Below, in pieces: positions 27,182-32,000 of a DNA stretch of 32,000 nt. The translations under genes and the position numbers were made by a program. The stretch comes from Promethearchaeum syntrophicum (GTDB lineage: Archaea; Asgardarchaeota; Lokiarchaeia; Sigyniarchaeales; Promethearchaeaceae), in NCBI RefSeq assembly GCF_008000775.2, contig NZ_CP042905.2, positions 1,050,001 to 1,082,000 on the forward strand. The letters run 5' to 3'. Under the pieces are notes generated by a model. That model did no database searches. It was given only the letters and a program-made list of their open reading frames with translations, and had not been told where the DNA came from. The first letter of the stretch is position 1; each line of letters opens with the position of its first letter.

Positions 27182-27868
27182 TTATTGCTCCCCTTGTTTG
27201 ATATCCTCCGGAAAAAGCAAACTACTTGCTAATAGAAATATATTCAAAGATAACATAATCAACCATTGCCAAGTAGGTCCTCCAAAAGTCCTAAATAATA
27301 AATATACTCCGATTAATTCTACAATAACTAAGGAGAAATAAAAGGGGTGCTTCATTGTGCGATTTATTTTTGGTGTTCTCAAGTATATTATTGTGATCCC
27401 AAGAAATACTAAGGTTGCCGACACAACATGACCCAAAAATGAAAAAGTTGCCCCAAACCAATGCATGAACCCAGAAAGTTCTGGATTTGGCCAAAGACCA
27501 TCGAAAATACCTACAAATGCTACATTTATTAGACTAAATTCAAAAACAATCCATAAAATGAATGCAAATGTTTTACTCACTTTTTTAAACTGTTGGAATA
27601 GATAGAAATTCCATGCAGTTCCAATTATAGGAAAAAGACAAAAACCAATAAGAAATATCCATGCTCCAATATTCCCTTCCAACCGTCCTGCACCAAGTGT
27701 GCTTATGTATTGAGTGAATGGAACATATTTCCAACTGGCTTCCAACCATATCGGTCTTAATGCCCACGCAATCAAGAGCGTGCCTAAAAATTCCGCAATT
27801 AAAATTAAACATAATCGTTTCCAAAATTTATTGTCATATCTTCCTACAAAAAAATCTGTGATTTTCAT
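27182..27868 (-). CDS. Multi-pass membrane protein (about 6 TM), function unknown
   Basis: Several hydrophobic segments (LILIAEFLGTLLIAWAL, IGAWIFLIGFCLFPIIGTAWNFYLF, FAFILWIVFEFSLINVAFVGIF, ...); convergent with tldE, 4-nt gap. Confidence 0.65.
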   Translation of the reverse strand: MKITDFFVGRYDNKFWKRLCLILIAEFLGTLLIAWALRPIWLEASWKYVPFTQYISTLGAGRLEGNIGAWIFLIGFCLFPIIGTAWNFYLFQQFKKVSKTFAFILWIVFEFSLINVAFVGIFDGLWPNPELSGFMHWFGATFSFLGHVVSATLVFLGITIIYLRTPKINRTMKHPFYFSLVIVELIGVYLLFRTFGGPTWQWLIMLSLNIFLLASSLLFPEDIKQGEQ

Positions 27869-27947
27869 TTTTATTGATTATATTTTTTCTTTTTCTTTTT
27901 TATAAAATTTTCTCAGAAAAAGCTAGTTCAGTGTTATTCTACAATTT

Positions 27948-28472
27948 TTATAAATATACTGCAAATCTTTGAATCAAAATATATTCTGGAAAATAATCCC
28001 ATCCATTTTCTGTAAATGTCCACAATTCAAGGATAATTGACTGGTTGAGACCAGCTTCAATAAATGAGACATCGATCATATCAGAAATTATGGATTGTTC
28101 ATTTTCCAATGTATAAGTATAATTGAATAAATAAGATGCATTGATATTTTCAGAAACTCCTATACTTCTATTAATGGATATATTTGAATTTCCTCGATAA
28201 ACTCTCACTGAAAAATTTTCAGTATATCCTAATTGGTTTTCAATAAAAGTATAAATGGAAACATTTTCTCCCACTGTGGAATTCGTTTGAAAGTCTTTCA
28301 TTTCCTGATTTTCGTTTAAAAGAAAAAAAAGTAAATCTGGTTCTTCAGTTTTTGTAAAAGTATAAATCATGGCTCCAGAAACGACAATAATTCCGGCGAT
28401 TAGAACTATTTTGGTTATTTTTTCTAATGTTAGCCCTGATTTCCAATCAAAATTTTCACTATCTTCAGACAT
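27948..28472 (-). CDS. DUF1616-like membrane-anchored protein
   Basis: TM segment ITKIVLIAGIIVVSGAMIYTF followed by FFLLNENQEMKDFQTNSTVGENVSIYTFIENQLGYTENFSVRV, the pattern seen in the C-terminal part of DUF1616 proteins. Confidence 0.55.
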   Translation of the reverse strand: MSEDSENFDWKSGLTLEKITKIVLIAGIIVVSGAMIYTFTKTEEPDLLFFLLNENQEMKDFQTNSTVGENVSIYTFIENQLGYTENFSVRVYRGNSNISINRSIGVSENINASYLFNYTYTLENEQSIISDMIDVSFIEAGLNQSIILELWTFTENGWDYFPEYILIQRFAVYL

Positions 28473-29523
28473 TTTGCATCTTATACCATTCTATGGTTTT
28501 CTTTAAACCAGTTTCTAAATCCGTTGTAGGTTCCCATTTAAGAATTTTCTTGGCCCGTGTGAGAATTGGTTGCCTCCTAATTGGATCATCTTTCGGCATT
28601 TTCTGATATATTATTTCTGAATTTGAATTTGTTAATCGTTTGGTTAATTCTGCTAATTCTAAAATAGTAGTTACTTTGTTATGTCCTAAATTTATTGGAA
28701 TTCCTCTCGCTTCAGGAATTAATGTATCTTTCAAAATCCCTTCAACCTCATCAACAACATACGTGAAACAGCGAGTTTGTGATCCATCCCCAAAAACTGT
28801 TATAGGATCATCATTTAGACATTGTTCTATAAAATTAGGTAAAGCTCGCCCTAATTCTTCTCCTGCGCGAATTCTTGGACCATATGTATTAAAAATACGC
28901 ACAAATCGTACATCGATATTATGTTGTAATTCGTAAGCTTTTGCAAATGCTTCTCCTGCTCGTTTTGATTCATCGTAACAAGATCTCGGTCCGATTGTGT
29001 TCACATTTCCAAAATAACTTTCAGGTGTTGGAACTTTATCTGCAGGTGGATTTCCGTAAGTTTCTGATGTTGAAGCGTAAAAAAATTTTGCATTGTGATC
29101 TTTAGAACAACCCAGCGCATTCATTGTGCCTAATGTGTTCGATTTTAAAATTGAAATAGGAAATTTCTCAAATTCGAATGGTGAGGCACGACTTGCTAGA
29201 TGCATTACTATATCAAATCGTTCATCAATACTTGGATAACAAATTTTATTTGGTATTATTTTTCCGAAATATATTGGGATTGAAATATCGTGTTTGATGA
29301 ATTTGAAATTCGGATTTTTTTCTAAATGTGAGATATTCTCCCAACGTCCAGAGCTTAAATTGTCTAAAGAAACAACTGAATTTGCATTCATCTCTAATAA
29401 AACTTCACAGATCCATGATCCAATGAATCCAGCTCCCCCAGTCACTAATATATTCTTTCCCTTGAATGAATTTTTTTCAAGCCGATTTATAATTTCTTCT
29501 AGTTCTTTTTGATGATCGTACAT
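28465..29523 (-). CDS. NAD-dependent epimerase/dehydratase, UDP-glucuronate decarboxylase (UXS)-like
   Basis: NILVTGGAGFIGSWICEVLLE Rossmann motif; catalytic YDESKRAGEAFAKAY; VRIFNTYGPRIRAGEELGRALPNFIEQCL; 8-nt overlap with the downstream ORF. Confidence 0.85.
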   Translation of the reverse strand: MYDHQKELEEIINRLEKNSFKGKNILVTGGAGFIGSWICEVLLEMNANSVVSLDNLSSGRWENISHLEKNPNFKFIKHDISIPIYFGKIIPNKICYPSIDERFDIVMHLASRASPFEFEKFPISILKSNTLGTMNALGCSKDHNAKFFYASTSETYGNPPADKVPTPESYFGNVNTIGPRSCYDESKRAGEAFAKAYELQHNIDVRFVRIFNTYGPRIRAGEELGRALPNFIEQCLNDDPITVFGDGSQTRCFTYVVDEVEGILKDTLIPEARGIPINLGHNKVTTILELAELTKRLTNSNSEIIYQKMPKDDPIRRQPILTRAKKILKWEPTTDLETGLKKTIEWYKMQNV

Positions 29524-29587
29524 TCTATTGTATAATCAAGTAAATAAAAAATAAAAATTTAAACATTCAAATCAATTTAAATTTAGG

Positions 29588-30229
29588 ATGAGAAAAAAAG
29601 AAAACACTAATAATTCAAAGAGAGAAGATATTTCATTTTTCCAACGAATTTCTCCATTTAACAAATCAATCATGATCCAAATAATTTTTCTCTCAATTTC
29701 TATTATATCTGCTTTTTTGGCTTTATACTACATTTCCTATCAAGAAAGTATTGATATTTTAATTTATGAAGGAATTTTACCTAGTAATCTTAATTGGATG
29801 TTATATTTTATTGGAGTATCTTCTTTAATTCTTATCGTGATACTTTTTATGCCTTTAGATGATTCTTTTAACCTAAAAAGAGAACTTTTAGATAGAATTC
29901 CGGATTTGAAGGAAGAAATTGAAGCCAAATTTAACGAAGAATTGTTTAAAGATTCTATAAACCTTATTGAAACATATTTTGATGAATTAGATTCAAATCA
30001 CATATTCAAAAAGAACGAAGAATTACTTCGTCTCTACAAACAAGCTCAAATCAATAAAGAATTTAAAAATACGTTAAGGAAAATTAATGAATTGTTTTTA
30101 GTTAATGCATGGGATGAATTCAATCAAGAAGTTCATTCAGCTTTGATAATTCTTGAAAATAATTATGAAAATATTTTGGAAAGTCAAAAAATTAAATTAG
30201 AAGAATTTTCAAAACGTTCAAGATTCTAA
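29588..30229 (+). CDS. Hypothetical protein with two N-terminal TM helices and helical C-terminal region
   Basis: IMIQIIFLSISIISAFLALYYISY and LNWMLYFIGVSSLILIVILFM, then long charged helices. Confidence 0.6.
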   Translation: MRKKENTNNSKREDISFFQRISPFNKSIMIQIIFLSISIISAFLALYYISYQESIDILIYEGILPSNLNWMLYFIGVSSLILIVILFMPLDDSFNLKRELLDRIPDLKEEIEAKFNEELFKDSINLIETYFDELDSNHIFKKNEELLRLYKQAQINKEFKNTLRKINELFLVNAWDEFNQEVHSALIILENNYENILESQKIKLEEFSKRSRF

Positions 30230-30670
30230 AGTTAATCTAACCAATTTTTTAAGAGTTTCATCAAATTTTCGTTGAATTTCATCCAAATCTGTGAGGATTT
30301 TAGTGAATTCATCAAAAATCTCCCATTTATACAAAACGATTAACTTTATACTATTCGCTTCTTTTGGGAAATAATATTGGGTTAATTTTATTCCATTAAA
30401 ATTCATGGAAACTAACATTTTTCTTGCTATCATAATTAATAGATCAGAAGATTGTCGCGTTAATAAAATACCTAACAAATTTAGAGATTTTCCTTGAAAA
30501 AAAATATAAGGATAATATTTCTTTTTACTTTGAAATATGATAATTTGTTCAATCGCTTCGATTTTCTTATCAATCTGAAGAGGGATAAGTTTTCCTTGCA
30601 CACTTTTAGATGATTCTTGCGTTTTAACTAATTTTAATAATATTTTAGTCGATTTATTCACATATATCAA
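30218..30670 (-). CDS. Hypothetical 150-aa protein
   Basis: Complete ORF, convergent and overlapping 12 nt with the preceding gene; no recognised motif. Confidence 0.5.
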   Translation of the reverse strand: MIYVNKSTKILLKLVKTQESSKSVQGKLIPLQIDKKIEAIEQIIIFQSKKKYYPYIFFQGKSLNLLGILLTRQSSDLLIMIARKMLVSMNFNGIKLTQYYFPKEANSIKLIVLYKWEIFDEFTKILTDLDEIQRKFDETLKKLVRLTLES

Positions 30671-30709
30671 TATAAAAGAAAATAAAAAAAGTTTTTAGCT
30701 TGATTCTAA

Positions 30710-31261
30710 TTAGAAATTCGTGGAAAACATTGCTGCCAATCCACCGAAGAACGCTCCATTGAAAATTGCAGCTAAAATTATAATAAGATATGGTGTATGA
30801 TACATGCTTGGGACTATTGTTGCTCCAATTGCAGTTACCGATGAAATTCCTAAAGCTGGAATCAATATAAATATTATAGGCAGTACTGATAAAATGAAAA
30901 TTGCTAACATCAGTCCGAAAAATGCAGATTTACTTGATTCATTTGATGATTTACCAGCAAATATTGCTGCAACTAATCCTGGAACTAACACCCAAACCAT
31001 TCCAAAAATATTTGTTAGAACTGGGTAAGGATTTGCTCCCATATTTACATGATACATCAAAGATGTAAAGACATCAGCTTGTACTCCACCTGGGCTTAAT
31101 AAAGCGGTAAAGAAACCCCAGAGATCATCACCGATCAAACCAAAGAATGCTCCAATAGTTGCACCTCCAACTCCACCTACTGCTGCGTAGACGAATAGGA
31201 AGATAGCGTTCAATAGGAAATATATACCTATACTAATACCAAAAGTTTTTCCAAAACCCAT
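30710..31261 (-). CDS. Gly/Ala-rich multi-pass membrane protein (about 4 TM)
   Basis: FGISIGIYFLLNAIFLFVYAAVGGVGGATIGAFFGLIG; LTNIFGMVWVLVPGLVAAIFAG; AFFGLMLAIFILSVLPIIFILIPALG; LIIILAAIFNGAFFGGLAAMF. Confidence 0.65.
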   Translation of the reverse strand: MGFGKTFGISIGIYFLLNAIFLFVYAAVGGVGGATIGAFFGLIGDDLWGFFTALLSPGGVQADVFTSLMYHVNMGANPYPVLTNIFGMVWVLVPGLVAAIFAGKSSNESSKSAFFGLMLAIFILSVLPIIFILIPALGISSVTAIGATIVPSMYHTPYLIIILAAIFNGAFFGGLAAMFSTNF

Positions 31262-31434
31262 TTTAATTTACTCCAATTATTGATTTAATTACTTATTATA
31301 ATAATCAACACGAATATTAATATAATTTTGGAAGTGATGAATTAAAAATATATGCGAATAATCTGATTTTACTGAAGATAGGAGTGGAAATTTAGAAAAA
31401 TAAAAAAAAAATGAAAATATTTTTCTTAAAATTC

Positions 31435-31965
31435 TCAGTGTATTGTTATTGTAACTCCAGATGACAGTGCAGTGAACATTACGATAGTTATTATTAGTGC
31501 TGCAAGTAAGAATGATAATTGACGTTTTTTAGGATCCATATCTTCATCAGCAGAATACCCAATAAAACCAACCATTACAAAAATCAAACCGAAATTGACT
31601 CCAACTCTCGCAATATTTTCAAATATCACCTCTTGAAATCTCATCCAATCTGCTTTAGCATATATCTCTCTATCTCTTTCGAGGTATTCTTGGTATCCAT
31701 AATCACCTCTCCAGTATCCCAAATCATTTTCATGTAACTGATAGTTTTCCCAGTCATAGGAATTGTTTGCCAGAGAAATACTTATCAATGCTGTGGTTCC
31801 AAAAATTATTGCAATTATCATGCCTCCAATAATAAATTTGGTTGCTTTCCTTCGATCAATATCAATTAATCTGTCCCATAAGCTTACTTCTTCATTTTCT
31901 TTAGCGACTTTTTTAATAGGGTTATCTGCAATGATCGCTTTTTTACTTGTTGTTTTTTTTGCCAT
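31435..31965 (-). CDS. Multi-pass membrane protein (3 TM), function unknown
   Basis: KFIIGGMIIAIIFGTTALISISLA; VGVNFGLIFVMVGFIGYS; FLLAALIITIVMFTALSSGVTITI. Confidence 0.65.
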   Translation of the reverse strand: MAKKTTSKKAIIADNPIKKVAKENEEVSLWDRLIDIDRRKATKFIIGGMIIAIIFGTTALISISLANNSYDWENYQLHENDLGYWRGDYGYQEYLERDREIYAKADWMRFQEVIFENIARVGVNFGLIFVMVGFIGYSADEDMDPKKRQLSFLLAALIITIVMFTALSSGVTITIH

Positions 31966-32000
31966 ATCTTATCCACTCCTGAATTTTTTAATGGAATAGT

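Noticed and set aside
1-32000. CRISPR array, tRNA, rRNA, IS element or toxin-antitoxin locus
   Set aside because: I looked for regularly spaced repeats, T-loop GGTTCGAATCC-like strings, transposase motifs and small paired ORFs with known signatures; none could be supported by eye.

Overview
AT-rich archaeal window with dense gene packing and no rRNA, tRNA or CRISPR that I can support. A Ras-superfamily small GTPase, a Roadblock/LC7 protein, a two-domain Cdc48/p97 ATPase and FEN1 with a PIP box together suggest an Asgard (Promethearchaeota-like) genome; this assignment is inference. Identifiable genes: FEN1 3' end, Cdc48-type AAA+ ATPase, HerA/DUF87-type ATPase, winged-helix proteins, an SPFH/YdjI-like protein beside a very large beta-helix/TM/TPR-like/zinc-ribbon protein, class I glutamine amidotransferase, secreted immune-inhibitor-A-like metalloprotease, MBL-fold hydrolase, TrmB-like regulator, Rab/Arf-like GTPase, Roadblock protein, YfcE-like phosphoesterase, CPBP protease, PurM, PurB, TldD/TldE pair, and a UXS-like NAD-dependent epimerase with a DUF1616-like partner. 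Best leads for something undescribed: (1) the tight three-gene cassette 5063-10771 (double-wHTH protein, SPFH protein, 1133-aa multidomain membrane protein with duplicated TM module); (2) the 16143-19056 neighbourhood (Cys/His+wHTH protein, TrmB regulator, GTPase with WDLGGQ, Roadblock protein); (3) a GC-rich structured intergenic element at 15912-16007; (4) a Bacteroidota-style PurM. No database search was run; homology calls rest on recognised motifs and remembered family features.
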